64,000 bases of DNA from Octopus vulgaris. Lineage: Eukaryota. The notes under the pieces are model-generated. The model saw only the letters and a list, made by a program, of their open reading frames with translations. It did not search any database and was not told where the DNA came from. Below, one piece after another: positions 13,028 through 25,268 of this stretch. The stretch spans positions 63,736,001 to 63,800,000 of the forward strand of contig OX597822.1 of NCBI GenBank assembly GCA_951406725.2, read 5' to 3'. The translations under genes and the position numbers were made by a program. Positions within the stretch are counted from its first letter, which is position 1. Each line of letters begins with the position of its first letter.

Positions 13028-13710
13028 TTAACCCATTTATTACTGTATTTATTTTGAGATGCTCTGTGTTTCTTTCAATTAATTTTAAATATAACAAAGA
13101 ATTTAGTAAAATAACTTAGTTATCATTCAGCTGGTGTTAGGAAAATAAATTGTGACTAAGGTTTGGTGGAAGATTTTAATTCAAAACTTATGAAAACAAG
13201 ACATTTGTACTACAGAGCCAGAGGCGGTTTCAGCCAGGTTGGTATCAAAAGGGATAAGAATTGCTTCTCTATATATTTTAAACCTTTCATTACGATATTT
13301 CTTTCAATTAATTTTAAATATAACAAAGAATTTAGTAAAATAAGTTATCATTAAGCTAATATTAGGAACATAAATTGTGACTAAGGTTTGGTGGAAGATT
13401 TTAATTCAAAGCTTATGAAAACAAGGTATTTGTACTACAGAGCCAGAGGCGGTTTCAGCCAGGTTGGTATCAAAAGGGTTAGGAATTGTTTCTCTATATA
13501 TTTTGACCCTTTCATTACAATATTTCTTTCAATTAATTTTAAATATGACAAAGAATTTAGTAAAATAACTTAGTTATCATTAAGCTAGTATTAGAAACAT
13601 AAATTGTGACTAAAGTTTGGTGGAACATTTTAATTCAAAGCTTATGGAAACAAGATATTTGTACTGCAAAGCCAGAGCCAGTTTCAACCGGGTTGGTATC
13701 GAAAAGGTTG
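13028..13710 (+). mobile_element. Three tandem copies of a ~230-bp TTAA-flanked piggyBac-like MITE
   Basis: TTAACCC...AAAGGGTTA termini; units joined by gaattgcttctctatatatttt. Confidence 0.75.
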
Positions 13711-14160
13711 AGGCAGCAGAGCTGGCAGACTTGTTAACATGATGTGCAAAATACTTAGTGGCATTTCATCTACCTCTACATTCTGAGTTCAAATTTTGCT
13801 GAGGTCAACTTTGCCTTTCATCCTTTCGAGGTCAATAAAAATACCTATTTCTTTATTGCCCACAAGGGGCTAAACAAGGACAGACAAAGGGATTAAGTCG
13901 ATTACATCAACCTCAGTGCGCAACTGGTACTTAATTTATTGACCCCAAAAGGCCTATCGACCTCGGCGGAATTTGAACTCAGAACGTAATGGCAGATGAA
14001 ATACCACTAAGCATTTCGCCTGGTGTGCTAATGTTTCTGCCAGCTCGCCGCCTTGGGGTCAATAAAAATACCAGTTGAGCACTGGGATCGATGTAATCTA
14101 CTTACCCCCACCCGCAACTACCCCTTGATATTGCTAGCCTTGTGCTAAAATATGAAAAAT
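13711..14160. mobile_element. SINE family B (+) with an inverted family B copy (~13845-14055) inside it
   Basis: Core seen on + at 13780-13830 and on - at 13960-14050. Confidence 0.75.
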
Positions 14161-14418
14161 ATTATTAATGCTATTGTTTTAAGGATTCTAAATTAATGCT
14201 AGTCTTTTGTTTCTTTAGGATTTGAGTTCAAATTCTTTCAGGGTTGACTTTGCTTATCTTTTCGCATACCAGTGACAGGCTGGAGGTCTTGATATATTCA
14301 ACTATATTCTCCTTCCCTAATTATGTCAAAAACATCAAAAAACCATTATTATTATTATTACTTACTATAGAATTCCTTGATTTTCCAATGATTCCTTTTT
14401 TTTTTCCTTTTTTTGCAG

Positions 14419-14585
14419 ACGCTGTTTAACCCAAACAAGACGGTGGTGAAAATGTTTGTGGTGATGTACGACTTGCAAGATATGCCCTCGAATTCTCAGA
14501 CGTTCATGCGTCAAAGAACTATGTATATGCCTGCCGATCCAACTAGTGATGAACATTCTTATCTCCGATATTTGATTCATTTACG
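14419..14585 (+). CDS. FAM214A: FAM214A/Atos homolog exon (Chromosome_seg domain)
   Basis: TTTGCAG acceptor, CG|GTAAGT donor: TLFNPNKTVVKMFVVMYDLQDMPSNSQTFMRQRTMYMPADPTSDEHSYLRYLIHL(R). Confidence 0.96.
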
Positions 14586-14721
14586 GTAAGTGTGTTAGGC
14601 ATCCTTTATTTACATGTTATTTGTCAACCAGAAGCTTTGTGTGTGTGTGTGTGTGTGTGTGTACAAGATATATTTACACACATTTATTGAATGAATGAAT
14701 ATATATATATATCTATATCTA

Positions 14722-14752
<31 letters not shown>

Positions 14753-15163
14753 ATATATATATATAATTAAAAGGGCGGGCAACAGGCATATATGCTGTTT
14801 GTTTTTGATTTTGTTGACTACACAGTATAGTAGGGTCAGTTGGGCACTCTCTGAGAAAAACAGCACCATGATGTAATTCACTCTGCCAGAAATTTGGAAA
14901 CGACATGCTGTACTGCTTGGCATTCATGCAGGAAGCTCCAATATGAACATTCTAGAATCATGTGGTAAGGAGCTTGCTTCTTACCACAAAGTCACCCCTT
15001 CGCCCGTGGCTATCAAAAATTTACATTAATGAATTTTGGAAAAGTGGACATTAAATGATGTTGTTGTTGTTGTTGATAATGATGATAATGATGATGATGT
15101 GTGTGTTTGTAAATATGTCTGCATATATATAACTATATATTTGATTCTTTTTCTTTCTTACAG

Positions 15164-15320
15164 GATCTCAAGTAGCAAATCTGGGAAACTCTACCTACAT
15201 ACCGACGTGCGCTTAATTTTTGCCCGTGACCGATTTGAATATGACGCACGCGTTGCCAATTATGAACTTCGATCTTTTACAGAAGGACCAAGGAACCCCA
15301 AATTTTCATCGAAGAGATGA
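15164..15320 (+). CDS. FAM214A: FAM214A/Atos homolog terminal coding exon
   Basis: TTACAG acceptor, phase 2 matches the previous exon: (R)ISSSKSGKLYLHTDVRLIFARDRFEYDARVANYELRSFTEGPRNPKFSSKR*; matches the FAM214A C-terminus SSKSGKIYLHRDVRL...P.NPQFSPR. Confidence 0.95.
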
Positions 15321-15429
15321 TAATAACTATATATAGATGCCATTATTTATAAAAAATTATTTGTTTTTTTTTTTCTACAATATTTATTCAAGAAAGGCTG
15401 TTCAATATCTCCATTGATAACACTGAATC

Positions 15430-15435
15430 AATAAA
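15430..15435 (+). terminator. Candidate proximal polyadenylation signal of FAM214A
   Basis: AATAAA 110 nt after the stop codon; use unverified. Confidence 0.3.
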
Positions 15436-15446
15436 ACTGAATAGGA

Positions 15447-15545
15447 GGATGGATGGATGGATGGATGGATGGAACGGATGGATGGATGGACGGACGGATG
15501 GATGGATGGATGGAGAGTGGTCGGATGGGTGGGTGGGTGGTTTAG
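15447..15545. repeat. (GGAT)n/(GGGT)n microsatellite
   Basis: Visible directly. Confidence 0.85.
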
Positions 15546-16135
15546 GAATGGAGGCTCAGGTGGAGGACTGTGAAAGTATTGGTGGCGGCGGTGGTGGTGC
15601 TGGTTGAGGTAAGCGATATTATGTATGAAGATATACCTTGTTGATGAAGACGGTGAAGTGTTGTGTCGGCTAGTTGGTCGGTCAGTCGGCTGGTCGGTCG
15701 GTCAGTTGGTTGGCTGGTCAGTCGGTTGGCTGGTTGGTTAGCAAACTGGCTGGTTGTGTAGCTGGTAAGATACATGCAAATGGAGACATAGGTTACGGGT
15801 TGGGGTTGGGCTGTGCTGTGCAGGGCTGCACTGGGTTGGGTTGGCTGTGAGGGAGAGGTCTAAATTCTGTGTGATGGGTGTGGTCGTGGTGGTGGTGGCA
15901 GTGGCGGTAGTGGTGGTGTCTTTTTGTGTTTGGTGAGTGCGGTTAGTTAGTTAGTTAGTTAGTGAGTCGACTGGTTGTTGATGGAAATGGAAGTGAGTGT
16001 AAGCTGTTGACTATTGCGAGAGACCATGTTTGAAAATTCTGACGAGTAAACATGTAACGATTGTTGTAATTTTTAAAGAGAAATTATCACAGTGAGTAAC
16101 AAGGGAAAGACAACTCACTAATATGACAGCAGATA

Positions 16136-16139
16136 ATAT

Positions 16140-16193
<54 letters not shown>

Positions 16194-16308
16194 GTATATA
16201 TATATGTATATACATATATGTATATATATATATACATATATATATGTATATATATATATGTATATATATATATATGTATATGTATATATATATGTATATA
16301 CATATATG

Positions 16309-16347
<39 letters not shown>

Positions 16348-16349
16348 GC

Positions 16350-16441
<92 letters not shown>

Positions 16442-16454
16442 ATATATATATGTA

Positions 16455-16493
<39 letters not shown>

Positions 16494-17298
16494 GCATATA
16501 TATATATACATATATATATATATGTATATATACACACACACACACACACGTGTGTGTGTTTGTGTGAATGTGTGTATATATATATATATTTATGTGTATA
16601 CATACACACATTTATGCATGTGCACACATATATATGCGTATATATTTGTGTGTGTGTGTGTAGGCATGCACAGGTAAACAGAAAGAACAGAGTGTAAAAA
16701 GACTGTAATAACGAATATTGTATATATTGAATATATAAAACTCAAAGGAAAAGAAAACAATTATGATAATTCACAGAAAAAAAAAAAATGAAATATATTA
16801 CACACTACCACAGCTAAGGAAACATTCACAAACACACAAACACACACACACAGACACTTGCACACACATTCGCATCCACATCAGTATACAAAAACAAACC
16901 CATATAATAGGTCTGCAAAACACATTTTATTTTTCAGAGGAACACTTGTACACAAATTCCCATTAGCAAATATATACATGTATATATATATGTGTGTGTG
17001 TGTGTATGTATATAAATATATATATTTATATATGTGTGTGTATGTGTAATATATGTATATATATGTGTATATATACGTATATATGGGTATATATATGTGG
17101 TATATATATATATATATATGTGTGTATAATATATATATATATATATGCGTGTGTGTATATATATATGTGTATATTTATGTATATATGTATATGTATGTAT
17201 ACATATATGTATATATGTGTATGTATACGTATATCTATCTATCTATATATATATATATGTATGTATGTATATGTATATATGTGTATGTATGTATGTCT

Positions 17299-17345
<47 letters not shown>

Positions 17346-17355
17346 CATGTATATA
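16136..17355. repeat. Compound (TA)n/(TATG)n/(CA)n microsatellites (two blocks: ~16136-16660 and ~16970-17355)
   Basis: Visible directly; source of the YIYI ORFs. Confidence 0.9.
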
Positions 17356-17999
17356 GCATTTGCATTCTTCCACTTCTGTTCCACAGACACAAGCATGCAC
17401 ACATCTCTTGAATGAAATACAATTTGCACCCACACATGTTTGCATACACGGGTTGTGGACACTTTATACTTTAATTGTATAAAGACACCTCATCCTTTAC
17501 CAAAATACAACAACAACAACACCTAAAACAAAAAAAAACCACGAAAATTACCCACCAGCTCCATGAGTTCACCGCAATTGAATATACAAAAATAAATCTA
17601 ATACTGTGTTTAAAATAGAAACCCCGTGAAAAACCTCCTAGTGTTAAAATAAAAAAAAATTATTAAAAAAAAAAAAATATATGTACAGGACAGAAATACC
17701 TCCCGGTTTAATGTGTAGAAAATACAAAGAGTACTCACCAATTAATAATACTAATGATAATACTACAACCTACAGCTAAAGCAGGAAGTACCAAACTACT
17801 GTGTTATTACTAATGGACGTTTATATACAGTACAGAACGGAATGCAAGAGCCCCAGCTGTGAAGAATATTGCCCCTCTTAGCAAATGGTTATTCTTGTAA
17901 ATCATATAAACTTTAATCCAAACTTTTTTTTTTCTTTCTCTGCATGACTTCAATCCTCTTGGTCATAGGATCACTTTACCCTTCAGTATTGTATTATTG

Positions 18000-18032
<33 letters not shown>

Positions 18033-18106
18033 CCATCATCGTCGTCGTCATTGTCGTGACTATTGTCATTATTATTATTATTATTATTATTATTACTACT
18101 ACTACT

Positions 18107-19754
18107 AAGGTGGTGAGCTGGTAGAATTGTTAGCATACTGGACTAAATGCTTAGTGGTATTTCGCCTGTCGCTACGTTCTGAGTTCAAATCCTGCCGAGG
18201 TCGACTTTACCTGTCATTCTTTCAGGGTTGATAAAATTAGTACCACTTACGCACTGGGGTCGATGTAATCGACTTAATCCCTTCCCCCAAATCTGAGGCC
18301 TTGTGCTTCCAGTAGAAAGGAATTATTATCATAATTACTAAGGTGGCAAGCTGGTAGAATTGTTAGTGCGCCAGATGAAATGCTCAATGGTATTTTGCTT
18401 CTCGGTACGTTCTGAGTTCAAATTCCACCAAGGTCGACTTCACCTTTCATCCATTTAGGATTGACAAAATACCAGTTGAAAACTGTGGGGGCGGGGTGCG
18501 ATGTAATCGACTCATACCCTCCCTAAAGTTGTTGTCCTTGTGGCAAAATTTGAAACCATTATAATTATTATTATTATTATTATTATTACTACTAAGGTGG
18601 CGAGCTGGTAGAACCATTAGCACGCCAGGCAAAATGCTTAGCGGTATTTCGTCCATCGCTACATTCTGAGTTCAAATTCCACATAAATTAAGTACCAGTG
18701 GAACACTGGGGTTGATGTGATTGACTAGTCCCTTCCCCTTAAATTTCAAGGCCTTGTGCCTTCATTAGAAAGGATTATTATTATTATTATTATTGTTATT
18801 ATTATTATATAAGGTTGTGTATTGGCAGAAGCATTAGCATGCCAGACAAAATGCTTAGCGACATTTCATCTGTCTCTATGTTCTGAGTTCAAATTCTGCC
18901 TAGGTTGACTTTGCCTTTCATCCATTCAGAGTTGATACTATTGCATTGAGCTGGACGAATCATTAGTGTCGGGCAAAATGCTTAGCACCGTTTCTATTGG
19001 CCCTTTATATTCTGATCCCAAATCCCTTCCAGGTCAACTTTGCCTTTCATCCCCTCCGAGGTAGATAAAAACAAAGCACCAAGTCTTAGTACTGGGGTTG
19101 TTCTAATCAACTTAGACCTCCCCCTTGAAGTTACTGGCTTTGTGCCAAAATCAGAAACCACCACCACCACCACCACCACTACCATCACCATCATCATCAT
19201 CATTAGCATCGTCATCACCATCGTATTATTATTATTATTATTATTGATATTATTATAATTATTTCAGTTGCTATAGTTATTATTGTTATTACTTCTAATG
19301 ATTAATTTATTGGCAGGGGAAAAAAAATATATATATATATATATAAACATATAAGTGAGAATGATGTTCATAGAGATGGCCATATTGCAGTTTTTCTGCT
19401 AACTTACACTTTTCTTGTAATTCATGTTTCAAAAACAGTGAAACTTTTTTTTTTCCTCCTTCATCTCTTCAAATTTCTTTTATTCAACTAATTTCCTGTG
19501 ACAAGAAAATTTGTGCTAATAATGTCAGTCTATGGAGTGATGTAGATTCTGGAAAAGAAGAAGAAGAAGAAGAAGAAGAAGAAAAAAAAATTAAAATGTA
19601 ACTTTAGAATTTAGTATTTTATTCACAATTTTTTAAACCAAGATCTTGGGTGATGAAAATTCTTTTTCTTCCTGTAATTTCAGTATTTCAATAGAAATAT
19701 ATATCCGACCATTAAAAGTGACAAACAAATGGAGAGAATAAATTATTATTATTA

Positions 19755-19787
<33 letters not shown>

Positions 19788-20091
19788 AGTTGGTGAGCTG
19801 GCTGAATCGTTAGCGCACCGGACAAAACGCTTAGTAGCATTTCGTCTGTCTTTACATTCTGAGTTCAAAGCCCACAAAGGCCAACTTTACCTTTCATCCT
19901 TTTGGGGGTCGATAAAATAAGTACCAGTTAAGTACTGGGATCAATGAAATCGACTAGCCCCCTCCCCTTAAATTTCAGGCCTTAGAAAAGATTATTATTA
20001 TTATTATTATCTAAGACATCACACAGTATCCAATATCCTGATGTTGTTGATTGAAGATATTGCATCTACTGGGACCTCAGACAGACATTAC

Positions 20092-20154
<63 letters not shown>

Positions 20155-20347
20155 GTTATTATTAGCAAGGTGTTCAAGCTGCCAGAATTGTTAGCATGCT
20201 GGGTGAAATGCTTAGTTCTGTTTCATCTGGTCTTTACGTTCTGAGTTCAAATTCCACCAAAGTTGACTTTGCCAGTTGACCACTAGGTCGATGTAATTGA
20301 CTTACCCCCTCCCCCAAACTTGCTGGCCTTGTGCCAAAATTTGAAAC

Positions 20348-20383
<36 letters not shown>

Positions 20384-20388
20384 TATTA

Positions 20389-20425
<37 letters not shown>

Positions 20426-20860
20426 GGGTGGTAGGTTAGCAGAGTCATTAGAGCATGGGACAAAATTCCCTATAGTATTTGTATGGATCCTTTAACCACT
20501 GAGTTCAAATCCCATCAAATTCTGTTTTATCTTTTATCCCTCTGGTGTTGATAGCATTGAGTGCCAGTTAAATACTGGACTTGATTTGATTTAATAATCC
20601 CTCCCCTTAAATTTGTGGTCTTGTGCCTATGTCAGACACAATTTTTGGTAAGATTAGCACAATTTTTAGAGCGTCGGACGAAATGCCTTGCGGTATTTAA
20701 TTACGGTTCTGTAAGTTTTAAGTTCAAACCCCACCTAGGTCAGTTTTGATTTTTCATCCTCCCAGAGTTGATAAAATAAAATACCAGTAAGATACTGGGA
20801 TCAGTATAATTGACTTACCCCCTCCCTGTAAATTTCTGGGCCTGTGCCTAAAATTAAAAA
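18107..20860 (+). mobile_element. Cluster of about 9-10 co-oriented SINE family B copies separated by (ATT)n/(CAT)n
   Basis: Repeated AAGGTGGTGAGCTGG heads at ~18107, 18340, 18594, 18811, 18948, 19787, 20167, 20423 and 20647. Confidence 0.85.
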
Positions 20861-21073
20861 ACAATTACTTTTTTTTTTTTTTTAAATACATGGTAGATAG
20901 AAGAAACCAAAAATTATATATACATATACATATAAAAAAAAAGGAATTTTGTTTTGAGATCTGCAAAAGAAGAGACCATTTTCCTGAATGTCCAGAAACC
21001 TTGCTAAAACTTTCACTTTGTAGCCTTATGTCTTTCTGGTTCCAATGTTTGGTTCTAATCAGTGTTATATTGA

Positions 21074-21079
21074 AATAAA
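21074..21079 (+). terminator. Candidate distal polyadenylation signal of FAM214A
   Basis: AATAAA followed by GT/T-rich sequence near the end of UTR-like unique DNA; inference. Confidence 0.25.
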
Positions 21080-21695
21080 GATATTTGTAGTAGGTTTTTT
21101 TGTTTAAAAAAATATCACTACAAATGTTGGAATATATATATATACAAATACAATTTCTTTTTACTGTTTTATGATGAAAAAACAAAAAAAAAAAACTCCA
21201 CAAGAAATCCACATATACTCTTTGATTAAAAAGATCGGAATGTAGGTTCTTCATGAAAGAGTAATAATGGTGATGGAATTGTGTTAAACAAAAGTTTAAA
21301 TTATAACAAGATTAAAATACTACATTTCTGTGAAGGCTTATGTATTATAGAATTCTTGTGTGCAAGTGTGTGTGTGTGTGAAGGCATTTAGGGTGTTGTG
21401 CTTTCAATTGCTAGATCAAGGATTTGATTCCCAGACATTGTGTTCTTGAGCAAAACACTTCATCTCACATTGCTCAAGTCCACTAGGCTGTGAATAGGTA
21501 ACCCTGTGATGGAATAGCCTTCTGATCAGAGGGAATGTTGGCCTGCTTGCCTAGCCAGCAGGGTGACATCATTTGAAAGCTAAAACGATGTAAAGTGCAT
21601 TGTGACTAGTGATGTATAACATCTGATAGTGTGGTTGATTATGTGATACATACATATATATATACAAATACATATATGTATGTATATGTATATAT

Positions 21696-22503
21696 GTGCA
21701 AGAGCGATGACTGCGCTGGTATGGTCATGTGGTGAGAATGGATGAGGATAGCTGTGTGAAAAAGCACCATACCCTAGAGGTTGAGGGAACCTGTGGAAGA
21801 GGTAGACTCAGGAAGACCTGGGATGAGGTGGTAAAGCACGACCATCGAACATTAGGCCTCACCGAGGAAATGACTAGTGACCAAGACCTTTGGAAATATG
21901 CTGTGCTTGAGAAGACCCAGCAAACCAAGTGAGACCATAACCAATGGCCTATGCCAGAGGTGTAACCAGCCCACTTATGCGTACCTTTACTTCTTTGGAC
22001 ACTAAACTCTGCTTGTGAAGACCTGTTGAGGCAAGTGAAATCGAAATCAAATTTGTTGACTTGTGTCCACTAAGAGCACCATCCGAGTGTTATCGTTGCC
22101 AGAGCAGCTGACTGGCTTCCATGCTGGTGGCACGTAAAAAGCAACATTTGAGCGTGATTGTTACCAGCGCTGTCCTACTGGCACTTGTGCTGATAGCACG
22201 TGAAAAAACATTCGAGTGAGGTCGTTGCCAGTGCCGCTGGACTGGCTCCTGTGCAGGTGGCACATAAAAAACACCTTTTGAGTGTGGCTGTTGCCAGTAC
22301 CATCTGACTGGCCTTTGTGCCGGTGGCATGTAAAAGCACCCACTACACTCTCAGAGTGGTTGGAGTTAGGAAGGGCATCCAGCTGTAGAAACTCTGGAAG
22401 ATCAGATTGGAGCCTGGTGCAGCCATCTGTTCGCCAGTCCTCAGTTAAATCATCCAACCCATGCTAGCATGGAAAGCGGATGTTAAACGATGATGATGAT
22501 GAT
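21696..22503 (+). mobile_element. RTE-clade LINE 3' end with long 3' region and (GAT)n tail
   Basis: VQER*LRWYGHVVRMDEDSCVKK...GRGRLRKTWDEVV...DQDLWK, the typical RTE RT C-terminus; its 3' region recurs at 1760-2060, 5489-5850, 5860-6266, 23420-23555 and 24600-24770. Confidence 0.85.
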
Positions 22504-22530
22504 TATTATATATATATATATATATATGTA

Positions 22531-22829
22531 TGGATGCGCAATGGCCCAGTGGTTAGGGCAGCGGACTCGCGGTCGTAGGATTGCGGTTTCGATTCCCAGA
22601 CCGGGCGTTGTGAGTGTTTATTGAGTGAAAACACCTAAAGCTCCATGAGGCTCTGGCAGGGGGTGGTGACGGTCCCTGCTGTACCCTTTCACCACAACTT
22701 TCTCTCACTCTTCCTTCTGTTGGCCTGCTTGCTTAGCCAGCGGGGTGGTGTCATTTGAAGGCTAAAACAATGCGAAGTGCATTGTGACCAGCAATGTGTA
22801 GCAACATCTGATAGTCTGGTCGGTCATGG

Positions 22830-22830
<1 letters not shown>
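22531..22830 (+). mobile_element. tRNA-derived SINE (related degraded copy at 21378-21646)
   Basis: TGGCCCAGTGGTTAGGGC...GTTTCGATTCCC head; 3' part GGCCTGCTTGCTTAGCCAGC...CATCTGATAG shared with 21540-21646. Confidence 0.7.
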
Positions 22831-22864
<34 letters not shown>

Positions 22865-23070
22865 CTTTAACAAGAATAGTGCTGCAGTTGCTTTGAACTT
22901 CCAGCCAGCTTAACCTTCATCAGACGAAAGCTAAGCAGGCTCAAACTTCAATGTCACTGTCAACACTATTCTTGTAAAAATTAAATAAATATGTATTCTA
23001 CAAAAAGAACTGAGTAATCCTTCAGTTTAATATAAAACCCCAAAGCAAACAAACAATGTATGTATGTATG

Positions 23071-23107
<37 letters not shown>

Positions 23108-23380
23108 AAATAAAGATAATTAAATTAATAATTATTTATTAATTACAAAATTGGATTTCGATTCAAGACATTAGAAATTAATTAGTATAATTAAAAACAT
23201 TTTAAAGTTGAATGTCATTGGAGGTGGAAAAAAATGTACCATTCCATTTTCATTATTATCCAATTACCTTACAGTTTAAATATTAGATGTTAATATTCAA
23301 TACTTTTTGTAATAGGTAATAAACCAGTATATTCATTGGATTTTATTATCCCTTAATGAGGTTTTTAACCTTTAAGTGAA

Positions 23381-23423
<43 letters not shown>

Positions 23424-23894
23424 GTACACTCTGTAAAGTGGTTGGCATTAGGAAGGGCATCCAACCATAGAAACCATGCAAAAACAGACATGGAGTCTGT
23501 CAGCTCCAGTAAAACCGTCCAACCCATGCCAGCATGGAAAACGGTGTTCAAATGATTGCAGAGCAACATGAAATGAAGTGTTCTGCTCCAGAACACAATG
23601 TGTTGTCTGAGAATCGGTTCCACAATCTAGCAATTGTGAGTGCAACACCACTTAGCCTCATTCTTTCATAATATACATACATACAAGGTGATGAGCTGGG
23701 TGAAATGCTTAACAGTATTTTGTCTGTCTTTACGTTCTGAGTTCAAATTCCACCAAGGTCGAGTTTGCCTTTCATCCTTTTGGGGTTGATAAATTATGTA
23801 CAAGCTGTATTCTGGTGTCAATCTAATCAACTGTTCCCCTCCCAGCAAAAATTTCGGGCTTTGTGCCTAGAGTAGAAAACAATATACATGCATA

Positions 23895-24256
23895 CATGGT
23901 TCCGGGTTCAGTCCCACTGCGTGGCATCTTGGACAAGTGTCTTCTGCTATAGCCCCGGGCCGACCAATGCCTTGTGAGTGGATTTGGTCGACGGAAACTG
24001 AAAGAAGCCTGTTGTATATATGTGTATATATATATATGTATATATATGTGTATGTATGTGTGTGTGTTTGTCCCCCTAGCATTGCTTGACAACTGATGCT
24101 GGTGTGTTTACGTCCTCGTCACTTAGCGGTTCGGCAAAAGAGACCGATAGAATAAGTACTGGGCTTACAAAGAATAAGTCCCGGGGTCGATTTGCTCGAC
24201 TAAAGGTGGTGCTCCAGCATGGCCGCAGTCAAATGACTGAAACAAGTAAAAGAGTA
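23895..24256 (+). mobile_element. SINE family A, 5'-truncated
   Basis: Same body and 3' end as other copies. Confidence 0.85.
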
Positions 24257-25268
24257 TACAAGGTAGTGAGCTGGCAGAAATGTTTGCACTCCAGGTGAAA
24301 TGCTTAACAGTATTTCATCTGTCTTTACATTCTGTGTTCAAATTCCACTGAGGCCAACTTTGCCTTTCGTCCTTTTGGGCGTCAATAAATTAAGTACTAG
24401 TTATGTACTGGGGTTGTTGTAATCAACTGGTCCCCTCCCCCCAAATCTCAGGCCTTGTGCTTACAGTATATATGTTCTGCAGTGGCCCCTTTTCTCATTC
24501 ATTTTATACCTCACCTCCTAGCATAAAGTTACCTCCTTGGGGCTTACAGTCTTGAAAACTGCATGGCATCCTCACTAGTGATTCTGGCCTGAAAAAAAAT
24601 CACCCAATACATGCTGTGAAGTGGGTGGCATTTGGTATGACATCCAACCATAGAAACTGTGCCAAAGCAGACGCTGTAGCTAGGTGCAGTCCTTGAGTTC
24701 ATCAGATCCTCTCAAACCATCCAACCCATGCCAGCATGGAAAACAGACATTAAATGATGATGATGAGAATGATATTTTACTAGTTTCAGCCATTAGACTG
24801 TGGCCATATATCTTAATATATCTTTCTTTGTTTTTAAGAGAGTAGACTGTGATATGAGATATATTTGGCTGCTATTTCTCTCTTACCTCGAGATGGCAAA
24901 CAGGTGGTGTTGTTAGAGTGTTGCTCAGTGGTATTTCCTTTGACTCTTTGCTGTCTGAGTTCAAATCTCACTGAGGTCAGCTTTACATTTAATTCTTTCA
25001 GGGTCAACAAAAAAAAAACGTACTAGTCCAGAGTGGTGAGTTGGCAGAACTATAACAATGTTGGACCAGATACCTTGGAGTATTCATTCTGCCATTCTGA
25101 GTTCAAATCCTGTCATGATCTACTTGAGTAGTAGACTTAATAAATCACCTGATTTAATGCCACCCAATGGCCTGGCATTTAGGCCAGGTCTATGATTTGA
25201 GGTTACCTTCCTCTCACCCTCCCACCAGTTTTCGAGGCTCTGTAAAGGGACATGGGAATTGCCTTCTC

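Noticed and set aside
16011-17462. Long YIYI ORFs on both strands (also near 40.3-40.6 kb)
   Set aside because: (TA)n/(TATG)n microsatellites lack stop codons by composition.
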